From: Eledone cirrhosa
Lineage: Eukaryota
Assembly (NCBI GenBank): GCA_964016885.1
Contig: OZ024741.1
Span: forward strand, 80,104,001-80,168,000
Direction of reading: 5' to 3'
Length of the DNA stretch: 64,000 nt
The notes beneath the pieces are model-generated. The model did not search any database, was not told the origin of the DNA, and saw only the letters and a program-made list of their open reading frames with translations. Of this stretch, positions 1 through 11,702 are shown one piece after another. The position numbers were made by a program, and so were the translations under genes. The first letter of the stretch is position 1, and each line of letters starts with the position of its first letter.

Positions 1-337
1 ACATCATGTCTCATATGTAGATAGTACCGCGATGACATCTTTGGACAGCTGCTTATGACATGGGCGACATCGTCAATGTTAATTCTGCAGAGTCTGCATT
101 TGTTGTCACATCTAGGTGTTTTGCCTGCATCCCTATCTCTTTTGTGAATCAAGTATTTCGTGTTGATTTCCTGTTCTTGGATTGCAAAAGCGTATCCTTC
201 AAAGTGGGAGCCAATATAGCGGTTGTTGGTCCAAGATAAACTACTTTGTTTATCTATATTACTCTCACTCTGGAGCTTCCTGGCAACATATCCATGCATG
301 ATTTTTGCTGATAAGCATGCTGCATAAGTTTTTGCTG
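1..337 (-). mobile_element. 5'-truncated R4/Dong-clade (RLE) non-LTR retrotransposon fragment; continues off the window
   Basis: Manual minus-strand translation gives MHGYVARKLQ..SLSWT..HFEGYAFAIQEQEINTKY..KCRLCRINIDDVAHVISSCPKMSSRYYLHMRHD: CCHC knuckle plus RHD motif that precede the RLE domain. One frameshift near 300. Abuts (TATG)n. Confidence 0.85.
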
Positions 338-345
338 TATGTACG

Positions 346-396
<51 letters not shown>

Positions 397-460
397 GTAT
401 GTATGTATGTAAGTATGTATGTATGTATGTATGTATGTATGTATGCATGTATGTATGTAT
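338..460. repeat. (TATG)n microsatellite
   Basis: Direct reading. Confidence 0.97.
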
Positions 461-848
461 AATATTTCATAATGCTAATTTGCTATCGTTTTTATTGCAA
501 AATATTACTTTTTAATTTTTAATATCATGGTCTGCACTGAGCATTTCATAACATTCTCTAAGCATTTAATTATCGGCCTTATTCATAACAGAAGGTTATT
601 TATTTTGTATGCAATAGAAGTGAATATATAATATGACACGCCACGACCTTGAGGACTTATTCATAAATAAAATTTTACCAATATATAAGCCAATGAAAAT
701 CATAAGATATTTTTAAATACTTAGATTTCTAGATTCTCTAGATCCTCAGATTGCACTGTATGTATAATTATTATCAATGTGTTATGACTAACTTAATGAG
801 ATGATGTTTAACTAATTTTATTTATTTATTATTCATAATAATAATAAT

Positions 849-923
849 AATTGTTTCTACTTTTGGCACAAGGCCAGCAATTATTCCAGCGAATTACTGG
901 TACTTTATTGTATCGAACCCGTA
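849..923 (-). mobile_element. 3' fragment of tRNA-derived SINE with (ATT)n tail
   Basis: Matches the 3' part of the fuller copies at 46589-47235. Confidence 0.85.
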
Positions 924-1175
924 AATAATAATGCTTTCTTTATTAACCACAAGGGTTTACATAAAGTAGACATTAAGGACAATACATGAAGGTACAAATG
1001 GACATTTCTGCGTGTAAAAAAACAAAAACAGAGGATGTAACAAAAAAAATAACAATGAAAAATTCCCCAATAGGGGGGAGACTTCCGAGGGAAATTTATG
1101 GAGAAAGCCCATTAAAAGGCCACAGTGACCCTGACCACTAGGGCAAGTGCCCGCTCCCAGTTTTCCACCTGTAAT

Positions 1176-4100
1176 TTACAGACACATTCACTCGGGCCAT
1201 ACTTGCTTCTCTCACCCATCTTTCAACAAAATGCTGGGAAGAGAGCACTTCCCTCTCTACCCTGATTTTCCTTTTCAAATGGAATTTGAAAAAGTTAATC
1301 AGGGCATCACCGAAGAGGTAAGTGCTCGTCTTCAGCCCTTTCAAACGTGTCCACCATACTATCTCTTTCGCCATGGCCACCAGACAGATAAAAACTGCCT
1401 GCCCTTCCCGGCTAAAGGAAGAGGGCGGGGCAATCCTCACGATGGACTCAGCTGATAGCTGGAACCGTCCTACACGTGACAGCAGGTGTTCGACATAAAC
1501 CCACAAGTCAGCAATGCTCGGACACTGGACAAGTGCGTGCAGGACGGTTTCGTCGCCCTGCGCTTATCTCGGACAGGCCCGGCTGACGACACCTCCATGC
1601 CTGTAGAGTGTATCCCGAACTGGCAAAGCTCCTCGGTAGCACTGCCAGGTCAGGCCAGGGATTTCTGGAAGTTGTCCATAGGCCCCGGCCCGAAAGTTCT
1701 TCCGAAGAGATTGGCTAGTTGATTTTCGTCGACGCCTAGAGTTTCTCCAAGTACGTCGTCGCTCTTCCCCTCCACTAATCCTCTATAGAACGCCAAGGTG
1801 GAGTTTCCATCGATCACATTGCCCGATTGGTCGAGGGCTGTGAGCGCCTGAAGACATTCCAGTGTCCAAGCGCTCCCTCTCGGTCTTCGCTTGACCCAGG
1901 ACTGCAACTCCGTCAAGGAGACGAGCTGGGGAAAGACGCGTCTAGTAAACGGCGACCACACCTGATCACCGTCGAGGAAGAGGTGGAGATGTCGTCGCAT
2001 GGAGGTCCAGACCGAACCAGTACCCTAGCAATTTAACCGGTCCGTCCGTCCAGTGCCCGACGACGCTGTTGAACGGCATGGACCTGCCTCTCCAGGTGCC
2101 GAGCTGCAGGCCCACTGACTTTTCCTGGTTGATCATTGCTCCTGTCACCGCTTCGTATTCTCTTAGTGTAGTACCGATCGCCTCGATGTGTTTGGCGTTC
2201 GACACCACTACGGTGACATCGTCCACATATGCTGACACGGATCTTCCGCATCCTACTTCGCGCGGGATCCCCCTCAACGTCTCCAGTTTGTGCAGTAATG
2301 GCTCGAGAGTCAATACGTACAAGAGGGACGAGAGGGGACATCCTTGGCGGACCGAGCGCATGATGTTGAACCGTTCCGAAAGGTGACCGTTCACTCTCAA
2401 CACAAAGCAGATGTCGCTGTGCATGGCAGCGATCCAGCCTCTGAAGAAGGGCCCAAAGCCAGCCGCCCTCAGGACTGCCTCTAGGTAACGATGGTCGACC
2501 CTATCGAAAGCTTTCGACTGATCTAAATTGATCAAGGACCCACTCGTGCCAGGTTCCCTAGCTACACTCTCTACGATGTATCGCATGAGGTGGAGGTTGT
2601 CGTGGATGGATCTGTCGGGAATGGCGCACGTCTGCGCCTCTCCCACCAGACCACCAACGACAAGCGCCAACCTCTTTGCTAGCACCTTGGCCAAAATCTT
2701 GAACTCTATGTTTAACAGAGTTATGGGCCTGAAATTATCTATGTTATCCCCCTTGTTCGGATCCTTTCTCAGCAGCGCCACCGCTCCTCGGCTCACAGAG
2801 CTGGGTATTCTCCCGTTCTGTTGCCAGTTGCAGTAGACGTCCGCGAAGAGGCCTCCGAACAAGTCTGGCATCTGTACGTAAAGTTCATAGGGCAGACCAT
2901 CCAAACCAGGCGATTTACCCCTTGTGCAGCCAGTCATTGCCTCCCGTACTTCAGCGGCTGTTATTGGCTTTTCGCAACACTCCGCCTCAGTGGCCGAGAG
3001 CCGCGGCAGTCCGTCGAGGTAGACACTAAAGTCCATCCCTCGATCCGGGCCGCCGCTGCCCCCGAACAGCTGGGTGAAGTGTCGCTGGAAATCTTCATAC
3101 ATTTGCCCGGGATCGAGTAGCATGGGCCCGTTGTGGTCCACCAAAGACCGGATCGTGGCTTTGTTGCCACGACGCACCTCCGCCACTCGGGCCCATTGAA
3201 CGGGTTTCGTCCCCTTGTGTCTGAGAGCACGCACCCTAGCTCTGACAACGCAGCCTTCGTGCTTTGCATTGAAGAATTGGTCAAGGGCCAATTTCGCCGC
3301 AAGTATGTCGGTCGCGATGCCTTTGCTAAGCGCCTTGTCTAATTTTCTAACTAGTTCTCCCTCTGCTCTATTTTTCTCTATTGCTAAAGCCTTACTAAAC
3401 CTAATGGACTATATTCTAATCGCTCTTTTCAGAGCAAAGCACCACTTGTTGTTGACGATGGCCCCCGTCAACGCCCGCTTAACTAGTTCGCTAATCCGGT
3501 CTATGTAGGCCTTGCGCGCTGGTAAGGACGCGTTTAGCTTCCAGTAGCCGGGTCCTCGTCTATGAAGCCTATCTAAGTCAAGCACACAGATCACTAATTT
3601 GGCGTCCGTGTAGCTGACTATCTTGAATTGTGGACAGCCTATGCTAGACTTATCCATTTCCCTACAAAATACTCTATCTAGATATGATCCGGATGACCCT
3701 ATGCGATTTGTCCAAGTCCACATTGACACATTCGGGAAATCCAATCTGTACCTGTCAGACAGTTCAAAAGGCCTGAGCAGATTGGTGAGGCTCTTGCACC
3801 CTCCACCCCTATCCGCTAATCCCACACAGTCCCAGCGTGCATCTAAGATCTCGTTCCAGTAGCCCACTAACACTAAAGAGCGGGACGTTCCAAGAAAGGT
3901 CTTCAGACGCCGGAAGAATCAGGCCGCCCTGCTCCTGTCGGGGCATAGACGGCCATTAGCCTGAAAGCTTGCCCGTCTTCGCTGGTCACGTCCAGCACCA
4001 CCGACTTATCCTCTGGGTCCAGGAAGATGGCCCGTATGGCGAGATCCAAACCTCTCCAAAAAAGCACAGCAACTCCTCCCCCGATCCAGGACGGCTGGGA

Positions 4101-4279
4101 GATGCGTACACATCGTAGCCGCCGAAGATCGGTGCGAAGGCCCGTGCTTCGGATATTCTGGTCTCGCTGATGGCCACTACATCTATGTTTAGTGACCTGA
4201 GATCGTTGAGCAGGTGGCCCTGCTTCCACGGCGACCCCAAGACACGCGCATTTATGCTGCCTATTCTGAGTGAGGTCAT
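1176..4279 (-). pseudogene. E1 ORF2 (APE endonuclease plus reverse transcriptase), frameshifted, with an ~0.3-kb deletion near 2000
   Basis: ORF pieces 3986-4279, 3409-3873, 1966-3291 (KSPGLDG, NFRPITLLN, KAFDRV, QGCPLS, YVDD), 1650-2000, 1138-1506. Confidence 0.93.
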
Positions 4280-4314
4280 GTTTAAAATAGAGTGGAAAAG
4301 ATGGGAAAGACCAC

Positions 4315-6143
4315 TTACCTTACTTCTCGTAGAGGATGGATGGTTTCTCCATCCTTTTCACTGCTTGTGGCCTCCACCAGAAGGATGTTTTAGTGTCATG
4401 TATGTTTTCTGTGTGATGCGAGTGATTTGTATGTGTGGAGGTGATGCTGGTGTTGTGTTGGATGTATTGTAATAATTGGTTGTTGTTCAAATTTAATGCT
4501 GTGTAATGTGTATCGTTTTGGTTGTTTTGTTTTGTTTGGGTTTGTTGTGGGTTTGTTTCTGTTTCGCTTCTTGGTGACTTTTGTGGTGTAGGTGATGGTG
4601 GTGTTGGGGTTAATGATGGTGATGGTGTTGGTGTTTGGGGTGATGGGGTTGGTGATGCTGGTGTGGATGGTGTCATATCTGTCCTAACTTTTTTGTTTGA
4701 TAATTTATTTGTTTCCCTCTGTATTTTGTTTTTGGAGGGGGAGGGACGAGAATTTGTTCCTTTTTGGTTTCTTTTTTTCTTTTTTCCTGATACCGTTTCC
4801 CACTCCTCGTCGTCACAATCTGTCTCCAGTTGTGACAGGCCGGGGAGTGGAAAATCCTCCACAGGCGTTGATTTTGGTTGTGGCGTGGTGGATGGTGTAG
4901 GCGCTGGTGCTAGTTCAGGCGCGTTGGGTGGTGGTGGTGTTGGTTGTGCTACTGTTGCTGGGGTTGTTTCTGTTACAGTTGCTTCTGTTGTTGCTGCTAC
5001 AGTTGTTGCTGCCATCTCTGCTGCTGGTGGTGTTGATGGTTGTGTCACTGGGGTGGGTAAGAGAGGTGGCCTCAACCTTTTAGCCTGAGGGCAGAAATCC
5101 CTTAGGTGGGTTCCTTCACCACAAATGACACACCTAGGCCTTCTGCCCTCGACGATTACGGTGAGGTGGATGCCATCAGTGAGGTCTATTACCACTGGGA
5201 TCTCCTCAATGCTTTTTTTAGTCCGCTTGGATCAGGAGCTCCATCCCAGATCCGGACCAGTTTTCCTGCTTTTCTTTCGCTATTTCGATTATCTTGGTGT
5301 TGGCTTCAATGCCGGCGAGGACGGCAGCTATTAGCCAGGGAATTTCGATGGCCGGTGGAACGTGAGTCACCCTGATCTTCAGGAGTCTCTGGCTACAATA
5401 GCTTGGGACGAGTGTGAAGTCGTCACTTCTTAATGGGGCCATGGAGTGTTCTCTGGCCTCCTGTGGTGTTTCAAAGAACACGTCCACGGTTCCATATTTC
5501 TGCCTACGTCTGATGTGGGATTTTTTTGCCCACACATGTCCCAAAGCTTTTTGGATTTGGGACTCGGATGCCCGTTCCATTCGGCGCGATTTTATGTTAA
5601 TCGTCCGATAAGATACGGTGCATAGGCGCCGATGCTCCATTTTATTAGGTGGGGGAGGGGGAGGCTGACCCTGTACCCATCTTTCTTTACCATTTTTTTG
5701 GCTTCTTCTAATTCCTCCTGAGTTACCTGGAATGCTTCGCACTGTTTTGCTACTCTGGTAAAACTCAGGGTGGTTTTCTTAATTTCATTGTTACTGTTGT
5801 TGTCATCGTTATTTTTCTTATTGTTAATTTTAGTTTCAGTTGTGGTGGTGGTGGCGTCAGTGGTGTTCGGTGTGGACGAGTTCATTTTGGTTGAATTCAT
5901 TTCGATATCACGAGTTAATTTATTTTTTTCTTTTGTTTCTGTTGTCGCTGTGGTGGTGTTGGTGGTGGCGGCTTTAACACCTGCAGTCATTGGTAATGGC
6001 GGGAAATGAATGTCTGCCTGAGACAAATTTAAAATATTGCTACTGCTTATATTTTTAGTGTTGGCAAACGTAGTAATATTTACAATGGTGGTGTCGGTGT
6101 GAGGTGTTAGTTTGTGAGGAAGGTGTGACTCTGAGTCGTCCAT
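4315..6143 (-). pseudogene. E1 ORF1, frameshifted
   Basis: Pieces 5592-6143, 5218-5742, 4320-5195 with CVICGEGTHLRDFC zinc knuckle and Pro/Thr-rich tail. Confidence 0.88.
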
Positions 6144-6358
6144 GTGTTTTCAAAGAAAATTTTTTGTTTGATAATTATAAAAGTTTAAATTTTTGGCTCA
6201 AGGCCCCAATCATTTTGGGTGTCCTTTTCAGATAACAATGCATGTGCACTTATATACAGTTAACAATAAAAAAATTTCCATAAATTGCAATTGTAAACAA
6301 CTGAAAATAACAAACCTTTGCGGAGCTCACGATGATACGATTTACTACGTAGGTCGCC

Positions 6359-6388
<30 letters not shown>
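6359..6388. repeat. (AAT)n spacer between E1 and E2
   Basis: Direct reading. Confidence 0.97.
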
Positions 6389-6390
<2 letters not shown>

Positions 6391-6648
6391 TTTCATTTAT
6401 TGGCCACAAGGGCCGACATATAGGGGACAATACAAAAGACTGGGACAGTGGGGTTTTACAGAAAAATCGAGTAAACAATATGAATAACAAAGTAACAATA
6501 AAGTAACAAGAAAATTACAACAAGAAAAAATTCCCCAATAGGAGGGATGACCACCTAGGGTTCGCTCAGGTACCCCACCAGTCCTGAACGACCCGACGCT
6601 TCGAGAGCACTCTGGAAGGGCACCCCTCTCCTCCTCAAATTTACCTAC

Positions 6649-9497
6649 CTACAGCCGCATGACCAGAGTAGGCCCACTCAAACGGGCCATTCTCGCCACA
6701 TTCACCCACCTTTCAGCAAATGTACTGGGGGGCAGCACTTCTCTCTCCACCCTCACCTTCCTTTCCAAGTGAAACTTGAAAAAGTTGATGAGGAATTGGC
6801 CGAAGAGAAAAGTGTCTGTCTTCAGTCCTTTCAACCTCGTCCACCATACAACCTCTTTCGCTACTGCCACCAGACAAGAAAATTGCCTGCCCTTCCTGGC
6901 CAAAAGAAGGCGGCGGGTCGATCTTCACTATGGACTCGGCCGATAGCCGGATCCGTTCTACACGCTACAACAGCTGTTCAACATAACTCCACAAGTCAGT
7001 ATTGCACGGACACTGGACTAGTGCGTGCAGAACGGTTTCGTCGCTCTGCGCGCATCTCGGGCAGGTCCGTCTGACAGCACTTCAGTGCCTGTAGAGTTTA
7101 TCTCGAACCGGCAGTGCCCCCCGGTAGCACTGCCAAGCGAGGGGTTTTGGGAAATTATTCATCGTCCCCGGCTCGAAAGTCCTCCGGTACAGACTGGTGA
7201 GTTCGACTTCGTTGACTCCCAGAGCCTCTCCGAGTGCGTCGTCGCACTTGCCCACCACTAATCCTCTATAGAACTCGAGAGTGGAAGTTCCACTGACCGC
7301 ATTGCCCGCCTGGTAGAGGGCAGTGAGTGCCTGGCAACATTCCAGATGCCAGTGACCCAGTCTCGGTCTCTTCTTGACCCAGGACTGCAGCTCAGTCAAA
7401 GAAACGAGCTGCGGAAAGGCCCGTCTGACAAACGGCGACCATACCTGTTCACCGTTTAGGCAGAATATCTGGAGATGCCGCAGTCTCAGCGCGTGCCTGC
7501 GCATCATTAGCCACGGCATGCCCAGCCCTCCACGTAGAGGGTGCTGGCAGCAGATGGACCGCCTCACCAGCGGAACCTGACCCCTCCACAAGAATTTGAA
7601 GAGGAGCCGCTCCAAGATGGCAAGGCGCGAACGGGGGCAAGGGACGACGGTCAGACGGTAGCAGATGACGGACGCGATGTACGCGTTCGCCACCTCCGCC
7701 CGACTTTTCAGTGATAGCTTCATCCCAGCCCATTTCTGGGTGAGACTGGCTACCCTGCCCGTCACCTCGTCCCAATTATTATCCACCTGGAGGTCTGGCC
7801 CGAACCAAACCCCTAGCAACTTTACCGGTCAGTCCGTCCAGCGCCTAACGACGCTGTTGGACGGCATGGACTTGCCTCTCCAGGTGCCGAGTTGCAAGCC
7901 CACCGACTTTTCCGGGTTAGGTTTTGCTCCCGTCAACCTTTCATATTCCTCCAATAAATTGCCGACCACCTCGATTTCTGAGGTGTCCGACACCATCACG
8001 GTGATGTCGTCCGCATAAGCCGACACAGCCTTTCCGCGTCCCGGTTCGAGCGGGATGCTCTGCAACAGCTCCAGCTTCCGCAGTAAAGGCTCGAGAATCA
8101 ATGCGTACAGAAGGGAGGAGAGAGGGCACCTTTGACGGACCGATCGGGAGACCTGAATCTCGGCTGAAGTCATTGGCCTTTCGCAGCGCCCAGCGTCAGC
8201 CGTCGAGAGTTGCGGCAAGCCATCGAGGTAGGGACTGAAGTCTGCCACCATCTCTGACCCGCCACTTCCCCCGAACAACCGAGCAAAATGTTGGCGAAAG
8301 GCCTCACACATCCTCTCGGAATCGCTCAGCTCGTGCCCGTCTCGGTCCGTCAAAGACCGAATCGTGGTTTTATTACCACACTGCGCCTCTGCCACATGGG
8401 CCCATCGAACAGCTTTGGTTCCCTCGTTTATCAGAGCGCGTGCCTTAGCTCTGACAATGCAACCTTCGTGTTTCGCATTGAAGAAATGGTCTAATGCCAT
8501 TCTCGCCGCTAGCACGTCAGTTGCAATGCCACTACCAATAGCTTCGTCTAACTTATCTACCAACTCCCCCTCCTTTCTATTTTTCTCTAACGCTACTTCT
8601 TTGCTAAACTCTATTGACATTACTCTAATCTCTCTTTTGAGAGCCCCCCCCCCCCCACCATCTATTGTTGACGACTCCCCCTGTCAACTTTTTCTTAACT
8701 AAATTGTTGACCTGGTCCCTGTAAGCCTTACGTGCCGGAAATGACATGTTTAGCTTCCAGTAACCAGGTCCTAACCTACGCGTCTTATCTAGGTCGACCA
8801 TACAGATCACAAACTTGTGATCTGAATAGGCGACCGTTTCAAAACGTGGACAGCTTACACTATTTCTGTCTATTTTCCTAATGAATATCCTGTCTATATA
8901 CGATCTAGATGACCCTATGCGGTTAGCCCAGGTCCACACTGGCGCATTAGGGAAATCTAGTCGGTACCTGTCAGACAGTTGGAACTGGCTGATCAGTTTC
9001 TTGAGGCTTTTGCACCCCCCGCTCCTATCGGATACTCCCACACAGTCCCAGCGTGTGTCTAAGATGCCGTTCCAGTCCCCCGCTAACAGTAAAGGGCGAG
9101 ACGTACCCAGAAAGGCTTCCAGGCGTCTAAAGAAGTCCGGCCGTCCTGCCCCAGTAGGAGCATAGACGGCCACCAGTCTAAAGGCACCACCTTCGTTATT
9201 GTTCACGTCCAGGACCACCAACTTCTCGTCCGGGTCCCGGAAAATCGACCTTACCTCGAGATCCAGGCCTTTCCTAAACAGCACTGCCACTCGGCCTCCC
9301 ATTCCCGGCCGGCTAACAGATGCAAAGATCTGATAGTCGTCGAAAATGGGGGCTAGTGCGCGGGTGTCTGAAATCCTGGTCTCGCTGACGGCAATTACAT
9401 CCATTTCTATAGACCTGAGGTCGTTGAACAGGTGACCCTGCTTCCAGGACGATCCCAGGCCTCGAACATTTAAACATCCTATTCTTAATACGGCCAT
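6649..9497 (-). pseudogene. E2 ORF2 (APE plus RT) with internal deletion of the RT N-terminal half near 8150
   Basis: 8625-9497 APE (GCLNVRGL, SETR, VYAP, GDWN, SYIDRIF, YSDH); 7829-8620 joins the linker directly to RQRCPLS..YADD; also 7082-7819 and 6649-6903. Confidence 0.92.
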
Positions 9498-9532
9498 GTT
9501 GGCAGGTTAAACAGAGAGAGAGGAAGGTTTAC

Positions 9533-11501
9533 TTACCTTCCGGGCTCTTGTGAAGGTCGGGTTGTTCGACCTCCATAGTTGGTGGGGTTTCTTTGGGGAA
9601 CCCCTTTAAAAGTCTTGAAGTGGGTTTTACGTTCGGGGTTCCCACGTCTCGAGGAAAGCTGTCTCGTATTTCTTTGAATATATCGAGCGACATTCACACC
9701 AGAACCAAATCTTCCGGCACGCGAAATGTGCTCGATTTAAAAATGTCACCCTCTTTTAGTATATTTTCACTTCGTGCTACGAGGGCCATCAGTTCCTTGT
9801 TGGCCCTCCTGACGAGCACGAAGTTTTGTATGTTTTGTTGGTGTGATTTTATTTGTTTGCGTGTCTGTGGTGGTGATGGTTTTGGTGGTGTTGTTTTGGT
9901 TGTATCTGTGTTTGTTGTGAGTGCGGTGTCTGTGGTTTCAGATGTTTGTGTATATATTTGTTCTTGCGTCTGTTTAGGTTGTTTGCGTTTGGGGGATTCT
10001 GGTGATGGTGATGGTGGTGTTATTGAAGAGATGTTTGCGTGGGTGGTGTCTGCGTTTTTTATTGTGGGTGATTTTGTGCTTTGTTGAGTTTTTTTTTTCT
10101 TTTTGTGTTTCCTTTTTTGTATTTTGGAGGATTTTGGTTTTCCCTCATCTTCACTACTGGTAGATGAGGGGTTTGTGTCTGAAGTGTGTCTGTATGTATG
10201 TTTATGGTTTTATTGGTGTGTGTATTTTTGGGGGGAAGGGGAATTTGACAGCTTTCCTCGTTCCCCACCTGGGTGGTCAATGTTGGTGGTGGTCTTTCTA
10301 TTGGTGTTGTTGTTGGTGGTTTTGCCGGTGCTGATGTTGGTTGTGGTCCTTGCCCCGGCGTCGGCAGCAGTGGAGCCTTTCGACCCCTTGCATCTTTCAG
10401 CAGTTGAGGGCAGAAGGCTCGCAAATGGGTTTTCCCCACAAACAAAACACTGCGGCCTTTTGCCTTCGGTCATAATGTGAATGACCGTCCCATTCTGAAG
10501 GCGGATGTGGTCCGAGATTGTCTTCACATTGTCGGGCCTGATCTGGAGAAGGATCTCCAGGTCAACCCCAGACCAGTCCTCTCTGGCTGTTCTGGTCACT
10601 TCTATAGGGACGGTATCCGTCCCCTCCACAATCACACATCCCAGAAGCCACCACATGTCAAGTCCTGGTGGGATTCTGGGAATGCGGAGAAAGACCGTTC
10701 TTTTTCCCATGTGGGAGGGGTACATTATGACCTTGCTGGTTTTGCAAGGAGTCATAGCGTGTTTCATAGCGAGGGCTTCTAACTTGAACAACACCGAAAT
10801 GGTGCCGTACTGTCTGCCCCTCTCTATGTATTCGGTGTCTTCTCTGATGCACCTCAGCGCGACTTCGACATCTTCTTGTGGGATTAAAGCTACCCTTTTG
10901 GTTTGTACTGAGATGCATCTATAATGCACCGTTCTGCGCTCCAATGCCTCAATAGCTTCTACCGGGAGAGTTAAGTTGGACCAGGTTTGCTCTTGCTTGA
11001 TGAGCTTCCATGCCTGGGCCAACTTTTCATCTTTGTTTGAGAGGTCCATGTTGAAGCATGGCCTCTTTTTTGCTGCTGCCGCAGCGAAAGTGTTCTTCTT
11101 GTTTTCGTTGGGGGTGTTGTGGTCGTTTTCGCTGTTCTTGTTGGTGTTGTTGTTAGCACTGTCGCTGTTATCATTGTTATCTTTGTTGCCACCGTTGTTC
11201 TCGGTGCAGTTGGTATTGTTGCTGTTGGTGTTGTCGCTATTTGTTTTCATGTTAGTGGTGTTGATATTGTTGTTGGATTTGTTATTTTTTTTTTTTTGTT
11301 ATTTGTATTTTCGTTGTCGCTGTTACTGACATTTTTTTCAAAATTAGAGTTCTCATTGGTATCATTGGTGTCTTTGTTTACATTATTTGTGGTGGTGTTT
11401 GTGTTATCAATTTGTGTTAATTTCGCTGTAGCGCTCCTCTCAACTTCCACGTCGTTGTCGCACGACAGCAGACATATCGCTGGGGGTCGTGGCTCAGCCA
11501 T
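9533..11501 (-). pseudogene. E2 ORF1, frameshifted
   Basis: 10210-11250 has an Asn-rich N-terminus, RRM-like core and CFVCGE; knuckle continues THLRAFC in 10059-10445. Confidence 0.85.
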
Positions 11502-11702
11502 GTTTTTTTTTCTCCGTAAATGTTTTAACATGTAAAAAAAATTCAAATATTATACTTTCCCCTTCACAGGGTAAAGTCTAAGGGCTTATATCCCTTACAC
11601 AACAAGAAATATTTAACAACAAATAATTTTAACAGGCAAATAAAGCGACTTACTAGGAGCGAGCAAAATACGTCCGCTTAGACCAATAATAATAATAATA
11701 AT

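Larger units (their letters stand above)
933..6358 (-). mobile_element. Tx1/L1-clade LINE copy E1, both ends present, degenerate, flanked by (ATT)n
   Basis: ORF1 (RRM-like plus CCHC) and ORF2 (APE, RT, C-terminal region); 3' AATAAA then (ATT)n; 5' end ATT|GGCGACC identical to E3. Confidence 0.95.
6389..11684 (-). mobile_element. Tx1/L1-clade LINE copy E2 (divergent sister family), degenerate, flanked by (ATT)n
   Basis: Same two-ORF layout; proteins clearly homologous but diverged from E1/E3; 5' ATT|GGTCTAAG; 3' AATAAA..C|ATTATT. Confidence 0.93.
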
